Shown here: positions 52,811 to 61,684 of the stretch, piece by piece
How the letters are laid out: each line of letters opens with the position of its first letter
Numbering within the stretch: position 1 is the stretch's first letter
Position numbers and translations under genes: made by a program
Assembly: GCA_945862195.1 (NCBI GenBank)
Contig: CAMAXR010000001.1
Coordinates: 6,337-70,336 of the forward strand
From: Hylemonella gracilis
Lineage (GTDB): Bacteria > Pseudomonadota > Gammaproteobacteria > Burkholderiales > Burkholderiaceae_C
Direction of reading: 5' to 3'
Length of the DNA stretch: 64,000 nt
Notes under the pieces: generated by a model
Told to the model about the DNA's origin: nothing
Database searches by the model: none
What the model saw: the letters and a program-made list of their open reading frames with translations, nothing else

Positions 52811-53812
52811 ATGAGCGAACCCCGCAGCGTCAAATTTTTGTCACCTGAAGAAATTGCAACCCGCAACATAGGCGATGCGGTTTTCATCAGGCACGCGGAA
52901 ACCGGCCAAATATTTCGCGATCGTGAGTTGCGTTTGCGCCAGCTGGCCGCGGGTCACGCTATGCGGGACTATCTGATATTCATGGCCGATGTGGCAGCTG
53001 CCCAGCACACCCTGCTGCAAAAGCCGCGTGATGTGGAATTGCCGGAGCTTGGATTTTTTCAAGAAGCTCAAAGTTTGGGTGAGCCGCCGCTCACACCAGA
53101 CCGCTGGAAGCTCAGCACCCAATGGGTACAAGACTTACAAGCTTTGTTGCAAGACCTCATACCCAGGCTACAGGTAGGCCCTACCCTGAATGTGCTGGTG
53201 TCTTTGCGTGATGCCAGCCCCGATCACTTGCAACTTCAAGCCGAACGCTTGCTCCAAGGCATCATGTTGGGGCTGGATTTGGGCACGGCTCCTTTAATTG
53301 GGGCTGCGCTGCAAGTGTATTGGGTACGTCTGATTCAGCAAAGCGTGAAAACCTATGGCGAGACCATCTTTGGATTTGTAGACAACCCCACACATTGCCC
53401 GTGCTGTGGCTCAAGACCTGTGGCCAGCGTGGTGCGTGTGGGCGCGGTGGAAACAGGCACCAGATATTTGCACTGCTCTTTGTGCCAAACCCAATGGCAC
53501 ATGGTGCGCATCAAATGCAGCCATTGTGAAAGCACCAAGGGCGTGGCTTATCAATCACTTAAGCCTTTAGAGCCCAACTCGGGTTCCCAGACTGCGGTTC
53601 CTGAGGGGGCGGTTCAAGCTGAAACTTGTGACGAATGTGGTCACTACCTCAAAATTGTGAATATGACCAAAGACCTGTACGTCGACCCTGTGGCTGACGA
53701 TTTGGCTTCCTTAACTTTGGATTTATTGGTGTCTGAAACAGGCAAAGAACGCTACGGGGTGAACTTTATGTTGTTGTTTGGCGCACCAGAGGAGGAGCCC
53801 ACTAAGGCCTAA
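52811..53812 (+). CDS. fdhE: Formate dehydrogenase accessory protein
   Basis: CPCCGS, RYLHCSLC, CSHC, CDECGHYLK, ADDLASLTLD. Confidence 0.96.
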   Translation: MSEPRSVKFLSPEEIATRNIGDAVFIRHAETGQIFRDRELRLRQLAAGHAMRDYLIFMADVAAAQHTLLQKPRDVELPELGFFQEAQSLGEPPLTPDRWKLSTQWVQDLQALLQDLIPRLQVGPTLNVLVSLRDASPDHLQLQAERLLQGIMLGLDLGTAPLIGAALQVYWVRLIQQSVKTYGETIFGFVDNPTHCPCCGSRPVASVVRVGAVETGTRYLHCSLCQTQWHMVRIKCSHCESTKGVAYQSLKPLEPNSGSQTAVPEGAVQAETCDECGHYLKIVNMTKDLYVDPVADDLASLTLDLLVSETGKERYGVNFMLLFGAPEEEPTKA

Positions 53813-53816
53813 ACTT

Positions 53817-55271
53817 ATGCCCGAAAGATCCATCGTGAATGGTCCTAAGGTCAGTTCAATGCCTCAAGAGACTAAAGCCCAACTGCTGTCCCAGCTTCCT
53901 TCCACAGACCGCTTGGTCAGCAGTCCAGTTGGTCAAGCACTGGTCCAAGAACATGGTGCCACCTTGGTCACGCAGCAAGCCCGCGAACTGTTGACCGCCA
54001 CACGTCAACACCTATTGGGTGGTGGCCAGCACAACGTTGAGCTCAGTTTGGAGCAGCAGTTGGCCCAGGGGGTCGCTTCCAAAGTGGCGCCCCGCCTTCG
54101 CCCCATGCTGAACCTGACAGGCACGGTCATCCACACCAATATGGGCCGCGCCGTGTTGCCACAAGTGGCCATTGACTATGTGCACGCCATGATGCAGCAC
54201 CCACTCAATTTGGAATACGACTTGCACACCGGCCAGCGTGGTGACCGAGACAGTATTGTGGAAGGGCTGATATGTGACATCACCGGTGCTCAAGCTGCAA
54301 CCGTGGTCAACAACAATGCCGCGGCGGTATTGCTCACCATTGCCGCATTGGCCCGAGGCCGAGAGGTCATTGTGTCGCGAGGTGAGTTGGTGGAAATTGG
54401 TGGCGCATTTCGTATGCCAGACGTCATGGCCAGCGCCGGCGCCTCTATGGTGGAAGTGGGCACCACCAACCGCACCCACTTGGCCGATTATCAAAACGCC
54501 ATCACGCCCCAAACCGCCTTGTTGATGAAGGTGCACACCAGCAATTACGTCGTGCAAGGATTTACCGCCGAGGTCACAGAAGCCGCCCTGGCCCCGCTGG
54601 CCGCCGCCAAAGGCATACCGCTGGCCACCGACTTAGGCAGCGGATCGCTTATGGACATGAGCCGCTACGGGTTGCCCAAAGAGCCCACTCCTCAAGAAAT
54701 GATTGCCGCTGGCTGCGATGTGGTGACCTTTTCAGGCGACAAATTGTTAGGGGGGCCTCAGGCGGGATTGATTGTGGGCAGCCAAGACGCTATCACCAAA
54801 ATCAAAAAATTCCCCATGAAGCGGGCCTTGCGTTTGTCCAAGTTGCCCTTGGCCGCGCTAGAAGCCACGCTGCGTTTGTACCTGCAGCCCGAACTTTTAA
54901 GAACCCATTTACCCACCTTGCGTTGGCTCACGCGTTCTCAAGCTGAAATTTTGAACATGGCACAAACCGTGTGTCCTGCGGTTCAACAAGCGTTAGGGCC
55001 ACGTTATGAGGTGCGTGTTCAAAACATGATGAGCCAAATCGGTTCGGGCTCGCTTCCCATAGACACCTTGCCTTCTTCGGGGTTGTCCATAACTCCCAAA
55101 TTGGCAGGAAAAAAAGGACTAGGTACAGCCCTAGATCAGCTCGAAGTGGCCCTGCGTGCCTTGCCCACGCCTGTGATTGGCCGTATTGAAAACGACCATA
55201 TTTTGTGGGACTGCCGCTGCCTGGACCACGCCCAAGATCTGACCAACTCCTTGCAGTTTTTGAAGCTTTAA
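53817..55271 (+). CDS. selA: L-seryl-tRNA(Sec) selenium transferase
   Basis: NLTGTVIHTNMGRA, NNNAAA, SRGELVEIGG, EVGTTN, FSGDKLLGGPQAG; start may be 53859. Confidence 0.96.
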   Translation: MPERSIVNGPKVSSMPQETKAQLLSQLPSTDRLVSSPVGQALVQEHGATLVTQQARELLTATRQHLLGGGQHNVELSLEQQLAQGVASKVAPRLRPMLNLTGTVIHTNMGRAVLPQVAIDYVHAMMQHPLNLEYDLHTGQRGDRDSIVEGLICDITGAQAATVVNNNAAAVLLTIAALARGREVIVSRGELVEIGGAFRMPDVMASAGASMVEVGTTNRTHLADYQNAITPQTALLMKVHTSNYVVQGFTAEVTEAALAPLAAAKGIPLATDLGSGSLMDMSRYGLPKEPTPQEMIAAGCDVVTFSGDKLLGGPQAGLIVGSQDAITKIKKFPMKRALRLSKLPLAALEATLRLYLQPELLRTHLPTLRWLTRSQAEILNMAQTVCPAVQQALGPRYEVRVQNMMSQIGSGSLPIDTLPSSGLSITPKLAGKKGLGTALDQLEVALRALPTPVIGRIENDHILWDCRCLDHAQDLTNSLQFLKL

Positions 55272-55277
55272 ACGGAC

Positions 55278-57230
55278 ATGATTGTCGGTACAGCGGGTCA
55301 TATTGACCATGGCAAAACCAGCTTGGTGTTGGCGCTGACTGGCGTGAATGTTGACCGTTTGCCTGAAGAGAAAAAGCGCGGCATCACCATTGAGCTGGGT
55401 TATGCGGCCATGAAGGTGCCTGGCCAAAACCCCATTGCCTTTGTTGATGTGCCCGGCCACGAGAAACTGGTTCGCACTATGATTGCAGGCGCCAGTGGCA
55501 TTGACTTTGCTTTGATCTTGATCGCTGCTGACGATGGCGTCATGCCCCAAACCAGAGAACACCTCAGTGTTTTGTCGTTACTGGGTTTGAGCCGAGGTGC
55601 GGTGGTCATCACCAAATCAGACAAGGCGGACGCTTTCTTGCTGGCCCAACGGGAGCTTGAAGCCCAGCAGATCATTTCCACCACCTCAATGGCTGGCAGC
55701 CCTGTGTGCTGCGTCAGCTCCATAACCGGTGAGGGTATAGACGCACTGAAGCAGTTGCTCATCAAGGCACAAACCCATGAGGCTCAGCAGCAGGCCCACC
55801 CAGTTCAGCCTGCGCTGAGAGCTGACCCACAAGTTGCACATTTCGGCGCCCGCATGGACTTGGACAGGGTGTTCACCCTAGACGGCTTAGGCACGGTGGT
55901 GGCGGGCTGCTTAAGGCAGGGCACTGTAAAGGTGGGCGATAGCCTGTGCTTAGCGCATGAGCCCATGCAAGCCTACCGCGTCAGAAGCTTGCAGTGCCAC
56001 AACCAATCGGTTCAGCAAGTGGCGGCAGGTCAAAGATGCGCCATTGGTTTGGCAGGACTAGAGCGATCTCAAGTAGAGCGCGGCCAAACCTTGTGTGATC
56101 CGCGCATTGCTTTATCTACACAACGTTTTGAGGCCTGGCTTACTTTGCTGCCCGAAGAAGCTAAAGCTTTACGTTCTGGCGCCTTGGTGCACCTGCATGT
56201 GGGCACTCAAGAGGTGATGGCGACCGTCGCTGTTTTGGGGCAAGCATCTTTGGAGCCGGGTGCCTCGGCTCTGGTGCAGTTGGTGGCGCAGCAGCCTGTG
56301 CATGTGTGGTGGGGCGACCTATTGGTGCTGCGAGACGCTTCTGCCACGCGCACCTTAGCGGGCGGGCAGGTGCTCGAGCCCCATGGTTTGATGCGCTACA
56401 GGCAAACCCCCGCCAGGTTGGCGTACTTGCGCCAACAGCAACAGCCTTGGATTCAATCGCGTTTTGTAGCGGCCTTGCAAGACATGTCTTTTGGCTTGGA
56501 GGCTGCACATTGGCGGCGTGCCAATGGATTGGTTGATTGGCCTTTTGTCCCGACGGAGCTCCCTCATGTCGTGGCAGACCAGCACCAACGCTGGTTTATT
56601 GCAGCGCCACACTTTGGCCCTATGCGAGCGCTGGTGGTGGACGCTTTGACCACTTTTCATAACCGTTGGCCTGATGAGGTGGGCCCCGACGTGCAACGTG
56701 CCCGTCGCTTGGCTTTGCCCAAAATGCCTGAAACACTTTGGACCTTGTTGCTCGAGCATTTGGTTCGCACGGGCGACGTGGTGCTCAACCGTGGTTTTGT
56801 GCAGCTGCCCGAGCATTCCGAGCAACTTCGTGAGGCCGATCAAATCATTGCCGATAAAACCTTGCCCCTGCTTTTGAATGGCGCGGTCGACCCGCCGTGG
56901 GTGCGCGATTTGGCGGGCACCCTGCGCTTGCCCGAAGTGCAGGTGCGAATGACCCTAGCCCGACTCGCCAAAATGGGGAGCACCTATAAAATAGTCAACG
57001 ATTTGTATTACCACCCCCAAGTGGTGACGGAGATGGCCAGCTTAATAAGAAAACTTGTGGCCCAAGAGGGTCTGGTCACCGCTGCCAGCTTTAGAGACGC
57101 GGTAGGCCTAGGGCGCAAGCGGGCCATACAAATTCTGGAATTTTTTGATCGCATTGGTTTCCTGCGCCGTGTGGGAGACCATCACTTGTTGCGACCTGGT
57201 ACGGTGTTGTTTCCCGTGGTGGGTCCATGA
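55278..57230 (+). CDS. selB: Selenocysteine-specific elongation factor
   Basis: GTAGHIDHGKT, RGITIELG, DVPGHE, C-terminal winged helix GRKRAIQILEFFD. Confidence 0.97.
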   Translation: MIVGTAGHIDHGKTSLVLALTGVNVDRLPEEKKRGITIELGYAAMKVPGQNPIAFVDVPGHEKLVRTMIAGASGIDFALILIAADDGVMPQTREHLSVLSLLGLSRGAVVITKSDKADAFLLAQRELEAQQIISTTSMAGSPVCCVSSITGEGIDALKQLLIKAQTHEAQQQAHPVQPALRADPQVAHFGARMDLDRVFTLDGLGTVVAGCLRQGTVKVGDSLCLAHEPMQAYRVRSLQCHNQSVQQVAAGQRCAIGLAGLERSQVERGQTLCDPRIALSTQRFEAWLTLLPEEAKALRSGALVHLHVGTQEVMATVAVLGQASLEPGASALVQLVAQQPVHVWWGDLLVLRDASATRTLAGGQVLEPHGLMRYRQTPARLAYLRQQQQPWIQSRFVAALQDMSFGLEAAHWRRANGLVDWPFVPTELPHVVADQHQRWFIAAPHFGPMRALVVDALTTFHNRWPDEVGPDVQRARRLALPKMPETLWTLLLEHLVRTGDVVLNRGFVQLPEHSEQLREADQIIADKTLPLLLNGAVDPPWVRDLAGTLRLPEVQVRMTLARLAKMGSTYKIVNDLYYHPQVVTEMASLIRKLVAQEGLVTAASFRDAVGLGRKRAIQILEFFDRIGFLRRVGDHHLLRPGTVLFPVVGP

Positions 57231-57237
57231 GTTTTGA

Positions 57238-57333
57238 GGAAGGGAATCGCTTCTGGTGGAGCGGCTGGGCTTCAAACCCAGTGGGTGGCGCCATGCGTTG
57301 CCGGGTGGGTTCGACTCCCGCTCCCTTCCGCCA
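57238..57333 (+). tRNA. selC: tRNA-Sec(TCA)
   Basis: 96 nt; 8-bp acceptor GGAAGGGA/TCCCTTCC, 6-bp D stem with TGGT loop, CTGGG-CT-TCA-AA-CCCAG, long variable arm, GCCA end. Confidence 0.97.
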
Positions 57334-57351
57334 TAGCCTAGTTCGCGCCTT

Positions 57352-57807
57352 ATGAACATCTTAGGTTTTGAATACCCCGACACGCATTACTTTTGGCTGG
57401 AGCGTGACATGTGGTGCCTGCCTCAAGCCGACGGTTTGGTCAAGGTGGGTGTGAGCCAGTTTGGTGTGCACATCAGCGGCGACTTTTATATGTGTCGCCC
57501 TAAAAAAGCAGGCACCTACTTGCTGCAAGGTGAAACTTTGGGGGTGGTCGAGCTAAGCAAATCGGTCGTGGCCATCAAAACACCGGTCAGTGGTGAGGTG
57601 GTGAAGGTGAATCCACTGCTTGAAGAAACCCCCGAGCGCGTGCATCAAGATTGTTTTGGCGCTGGCTGGTTGGTGCTCATTGCGCCCAGTCGCTGGTTAC
57701 AAGACCTGACGCAATTGCACCATGGCCCAAGTTTGCTGGAGGCGGCAGATCGCAGAATGCGCTTGGAACCCATGAGCTTTCCTTCAAACACCCCACATCC
57801 CTCATGA
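57352..57807 (+). CDS. GcvH-family / LbpA-like lipoyl-carrier protein
   Basis: VKVGVSQFG, GVVELSKSV (Lys at the lipoylation position), TPVSGEVVKVN, DCFGAGWL; no gcvT/gcvP nearby. Confidence 0.85.
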   Translation: MNILGFEYPDTHYFWLERDMWCLPQADGLVKVGVSQFGVHISGDFYMCRPKKAGTYLLQGETLGVVELSKSVVAIKTPVSGEVVKVNPLLEETPERVHQDCFGAGWLVLIAPSRWLQDLTQLHHGPSLLEAADRRMRLEPMSFPSNTPHPS

Positions 57808-58181
57808 ACCACGGAACCGCAGTGTTGATGTGGTCGGCTGACCTGTCCCAACCCGCTCGGCTGGCCACGCCCTTTATGCTCGCGCAAACCGCTGTGGCGA
57901 TGGACAGTGCGGCGGAGCTTTACTTCACCGCGCAATGTGTCGAGCTGCTGCTGCCTTGCAACTCGGCCCGCCTCATTGGCTTTGGTTCTGAGCAACTTAG
58001 CCTTGGGACTTATTTAGAACGTGCCGTGCAAGATGGGGTCAAGCTCTATGCCTGCAGCCAAGCCATGCATGCACTGAACTACCGCTTGACTGACTTGGCG
58101 CCTTTCGTGACCGGTGCTGGTGGGCTGATTCAGTTTATGGCGCGCTCCCAAGAAAGCCAGTGGCGCACTTTGGTTTTTTAA
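57804..58181 (+). CDS. DsrE/F-like family protein
   Basis: 125 aa from ATG 57804 (ATGA overlap); ATPF..A..AVAMD..ELYFT and GVKLYACSQA with the conserved Cys. Confidence 0.8.
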   Translation: MNHGTAVLMWSADLSQPARLATPFMLAQTAVAMDSAAELYFTAQCVELLLPCNSARLIGFGSEQLSLGTYLERAVQDGVKLYACSQAMHALNYRLTDLAPFVTGAGGLIQFMARSQESQWRTLVF

Positions 58182-58197
58182 AGAAAGCAGTGCACCT

Positions 58198-58758
58198 ATG
58201 AACCCCTTAGCACTTGAATGCTTGCTGTCCAGATTTTCAACGGGCCCCAAGCATTTGGTCGAGCCAGGCCCCAACGCCGCTCAGCTGGAGCTGATGGTGC
58301 AAGCGGGTCTTAGGGGTCCAGACCATGGTGAACTGGTGCCGTGGCGTGTGGTGGTCATTGATGGTGCTGCCAAAGTGCGCATGGCAGATTTGTTTGTGCA
58401 GCATGCACAGCAAAAAGGCAAGGGCCCTGAGGCCATAGAAATGGAGCGTGACCGTGCGCTTCGTGCCCCCTCCACTTTAGCCGTCATAGCCCAAATTGAC
58501 CCAGCGCACCCCTTGGTGCCCGCGCATGAGCAGTGGATGTGCATTGGCGGAGCTATCACCAACATGCTCAATGCCGCGCATGCCATGGGTTTTGGCGCCA
58601 AGATTCTCAGTGGCGATAAAACCCGTTCAGCCCTCATCTTGCAAGCCTTCTGCCAGCCCGGCGAAACCTTGGCCGGTTGGATCACGCTGGGCACGCCCAA
58701 CAAAAAGCCAAGTACCAACAAGCCCAAAGACTGGAGGCAAGTCCTCAGTCCTTGGTAG
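58198..58758 (+). CDS. Nitroreductase family protein (YdjA-like)
   Basis: LLSRFS, EPGP, RGPDHGELVPWR, RAP, HEQ, AAHAMGFGA. Confidence 0.9.
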   Translation: MNPLALECLLSRFSTGPKHLVEPGPNAAQLELMVQAGLRGPDHGELVPWRVVVIDGAAKVRMADLFVQHAQQKGKGPEAIEMERDRALRAPSTLAVIAQIDPAHPLVPAHEQWMCIGGAITNMLNAAHAMGFGAKILSGDKTRSALILQAFCQPGETLAGWITLGTPNKKPSTNKPKDWRQVLSPW

Positions 58759-58857
58759 AAGAGGCTTGCAGTCAAGGGTTTTACTCGATGGTTGAGGGGG
58801 CTGTTCAGGGGCAATAATCAGAATCGACTTTTTCCAATCAATAGATGGAGCATTCCT

Positions 58858-59844
58858 GTGAAGTTTGGCCAAGCCCTATCGCGTCGTCGTTTTATTCAAT
58901 CCAGTGCATCTTTGGCTTTAGCGGCCAGTCCAATGTCTTGGGCCCAAATGGGAGACAAGCGCCCCGTTAAATTGTTGGTGCCTTTCACGCCCGGAGCCGG
59001 TCCTGACATATTGGCCAGGCTCTTGGCGCCCAAGCTCACCTTAAGGTGGGATCTGCCGGTGATTGTGGAAAACCGCCCAGGGGCATCGGGCACCATTGGT
59101 GCCGATGCTGTGGCCAAGTCTGCGCCGGATGGCCACACCTTGATGGTGGGTCCAGCTTCATCTCTCACGGGGCCACACCTATACCCCAAGTTGCCCTTTG
59201 ACATCATCAAAGATTTGCAGCCCATCACCAACGTGGGCACCACCAGTTTGGCTTTGGTGGTTCACAAAGGTTTTCCAGCCAACAATGTTCAGGAGTTCAT
59301 TGCTTACGCCAAAGCGCGTCCGGGTCAACTCAACTATGGCTCACCGGGCAACGGCACGCACCACCATTTGTGTATGGAGTTGCTCAAGCTCCAAGCAGGT
59401 ATCAGCTTGGTGCACATTCCTTACAAAGGCTCATCGGGCGCAGAAAACGACCTCATTGCCGGCATCATCCCCACCATGTTTTTGCCTATTCACGTGGCAT
59501 TACCCAAGTTGCGCGCCGGGCAAATCAAGGTGTTGGGCTCCAGCCTTAAAGAGCGTCACCCGCTGTTTAAAGACATTCCTTCTCTGCACGAGCAAGGTGT
59601 TACCGGTTACGACGTCGACCTGTGGCTGGGTGTTTGGGGGCCTGCTGGCATGTCGCCTGCGCTGCTCAACCGTTACAACGCCGACATCCGAGCCATCGTG
59701 GCGCAGCCCGACACACAAGAAAGATTGGCCGCCCAGGGCTTGGTGCCCAACACCAGCACGCCAGAGCAGTTTTCTCGCTTGGTGTTGCAAGAGTGGGAGC
59801 GTTGGGGCAAGGTCATTAAAGACGCCAAAATTACCGCAGACTGA
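58858..59844 (+). CDS. Bug/TctC solute receptor with twin-arginine signal
   Basis: GTG start after GGAG; SRRRFI; VPFTPGAGPDILAR, ENRPGA, HIPYKG. Confidence 0.92.
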   Translation: MKFGQALSRRRFIQSSASLALAASPMSWAQMGDKRPVKLLVPFTPGAGPDILARLLAPKLTLRWDLPVIVENRPGASGTIGADAVAKSAPDGHTLMVGPASSLTGPHLYPKLPFDIIKDLQPITNVGTTSLALVVHKGFPANNVQEFIAYAKARPGQLNYGSPGNGTHHHLCMELLKLQAGISLVHIPYKGSSGAENDLIAGIIPTMFLPIHVALPKLRAGQIKVLGSSLKERHPLFKDIPSLHEQGVTGYDVDLWLGVWGPAGMSPALLNRYNADIRAIVAQPDTQERLAAQGLVPNTSTPEQFSRLVLQEWERWGKVIKDAKITAD

Positions 59845-59846
59845 AC

Positions 59847-60698
59847 ATGAACCCCATTCATTCAGTGGGCTTGTTGGGCCTAGGAAAAATGGGCGCGCCC
59901 ATGGCAGGGCACCTGATACGCAAGGGCTTCAAGGTGGTGGGGTTTGACCCAACGCCTGCAGCTTGCGCTCAAGCCAGCGCCTTAGGTGTTCATATGGTGC
60001 CCAGCCCTGCTGAGGTGGCGCGTCAAAGTGACATGGTGCTGGTGGTGGTGGGCTTTGACAGTGAGGTAGAAGACGCGCTTTGGGGACCAGAGGGCGTGGT
60101 GCAAGGTGCAGCGCCTGGCCTTATTGTGGCCTTGGGCTCTACGGTGTCGCCCAGCTATGCCCGAACGCTGGGGGTGCAACTCTTGCAAAAGCACCTCACC
60201 CTGCTTGATATTCCTCTAACCCGCGGGGAGGCTGCGGCCATTTCCGGAAAAATGTTGATCTTGGGTGCGGGCGAGCCTCAAGCCTTTGAGGCCTGCCGTC
60301 CTGTGTTTGAAACCTTTGCTTCTGATATTTTCCATTTGGGGGATACAGCGGGTGCGGGGCAAGTGGGAAAAATGGTCAACAACTTGATTCTGTGGGCCTG
60401 TACCGCAGCTAACGATGAAGGTCTGCGCTTGGGCGAGGTCATGGGCGTTGACCCTCTCAAAATGCGCGCCGCGCTGCACCACAGCAGCGCGCAAAATTGG
60501 GCGATGGACGAGCGCGCCGACCTCAGCGGCATGCCTTGGGCTGAAAAAGATATGAACATCGTGCTGCAAGAAGCCGATCAAGCGCGCATCAGCTTGCCCT
60601 TGTGCGGCACCATTAAAGAAGTCATTAAGGGTCTCAAAATTCGTATGGGTTTGGGCATACCGCAAGTGGTTGTCAAGCTCAATAGCAGGAGCGCTTAA
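59847..60698 (+). CDS. NAD(P)-dependent beta-hydroxyacid dehydrogenase family
   Basis: GLGKMGAPMA, STVSP, GAGQVGKMVNN, KDM. Confidence 0.9.
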   Translation: MNPIHSVGLLGLGKMGAPMAGHLIRKGFKVVGFDPTPAACAQASALGVHMVPSPAEVARQSDMVLVVVGFDSEVEDALWGPEGVVQGAAPGLIVALGSTVSPSYARTLGVQLLQKHLTLLDIPLTRGEAAAISGKMLILGAGEPQAFEACRPVFETFASDIFHLGDTAGAGQVGKMVNNLILWACTAANDEGLRLGEVMGVDPLKMRAALHHSSAQNWAMDERADLSGMPWAEKDMNIVLQEADQARISLPLCGTIKEVIKGLKIRMGLGIPQVVVKLNSRSA

Positions 60699-61684
60699 TG
60701 GACTATGTCGGTCTGGAGTCGGTGAGCTTTGGCTCAGAAGATTTAAAGCAGTCGCGCCAGTTTTTTACCGACTGGGGCCTTCAAAAAGTGGGCCAAGGTC
60801 GAGACTCTTTGACCTTTCAAGTGGGTAACGAAAGCCGCGTGCTGGTGCGTTCGGACCAAAGCCCCAAGCTGGCCCCAAAGTTGCACCCCGATTCGCAGTT
60901 TCGTTCGTTTGAGCTGGGGTTAAAGCGCCAAAAAGACCTTGAAGCCCTTGCGGCCGATCTGTCTAAAGACCGTGCGGTGCATGAAGATGCAGAGGGCAGG
61001 GTGCATTTTCAAGACGACGCAGGTATTTACGTGAGCTTGAGTGTGAGCAAGCGGCTGCACGTCAAGCCCCCGCAGGGCATTGCCCGCAATGAACCAGGGC
61101 GCCGTGCCCGGGTCGACCGCATCAGTCCTGTGTACGCTAAAGCGGCGCCTTGGCAAATGGGGCATATCGTATTTTTTGTGCCCAATACCAAAGAGGCTGA
61201 AAGCTTTTACATCAAGCGCCTAGGCTTTTGCTTGTCCGACCGTTACGTGGGCGGTGCGGGTGTATTTTTGCGTTGGGCACAACGCAGTGAGCATCACAAT
61301 TTGTTTTTGATCAAAAGCCCGCACGGCAAAGCCATGCTGCACCACATTGCGTTTGAGGTGCGAGACCAACACGAGGTGTTTGGGGGCGGCTTGGCTTTCT
61401 CAAACAAGGGCTGGGCGACCGAGGTGGGCCCTGGTCGGCATCCCATTTCTTCGGCCTACTTTTGGTACTTTAAAAACCCGCATGGCGGCTCCATTGAATA
61501 CTTTTGCGACCCAGACTTTGTGACCGAGCAGTGGAAGCCACACCAGTACCGGGTCAACCGCTTCAGCGAATGGCATTTGCCACACGGCATCCAGCAAGTG
61601 GACGACGGCAAAAAACGCCCCTCTTTGGCGGTGGCCGTTGAAATTGAAAAAAACCGCACCCATAAAACAACGGAGACCCCTTGA
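60698..61684 (+). CDS. VOC-fold (type I) extradiol ring-cleavage dioxygenase
   Basis: MGHIVF, EHHNL, LHHIAFEV, GPGRH..YFWYFKNPHGGSIEY give a His/His/Glu triad plus catalytic His and Tyr. Confidence 0.85.
   Translation: MDYVGLESVSFGSEDLKQSRQFFTDWGLQKVGQGRDSLTFQVGNESRVLVRSDQSPKLAPKLHPDSQFRSFELGLKRQKDLEALAADLSKDRAVHEDAEGRVHFQDDAGIYVSLSVSKRLHVKPPQGIARNEPGRRARVDRISPVYAKAAPWQMGHIVFFVPNTKEAESFYIKRLGFCLSDRYVGGAGVFLRWAQRSEHHNLFLIKSPHGKAMLHHIAFEVRDQHEVFGGGLAFSNKGWATEVGPGRHPISSAYFWYFKNPHGGSIEYFCDPDFVTEQWKPHQYRVNRFSEWHLPHGIQQVDDGKKRPSLAVAVEIEKNRTHKTTETP

Noticed and set aside
57352-57807. Canonical glycine cleavage gcvH
   Set aside because: No gcvT/gcvP adjacent, the lipoyl motif differs from ESVKA, and it is coupled to a DsrE-like gene.
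57352-58758. Additional selenoproteins next to selC
   Set aside because: The only TGA stop (57805-57807) is an ATGA overlap at the end of a complete domain; the other two genes end in TAA and TAG.
59198-59947. 249-aa alternate-frame ORF and other long shadow ORFs (e.g. 6291-7127, 44624-45670, 12705-13454)
   Set aside because: They overlap well-supported genes and show no recognisable motifs, as expected from codon bias.
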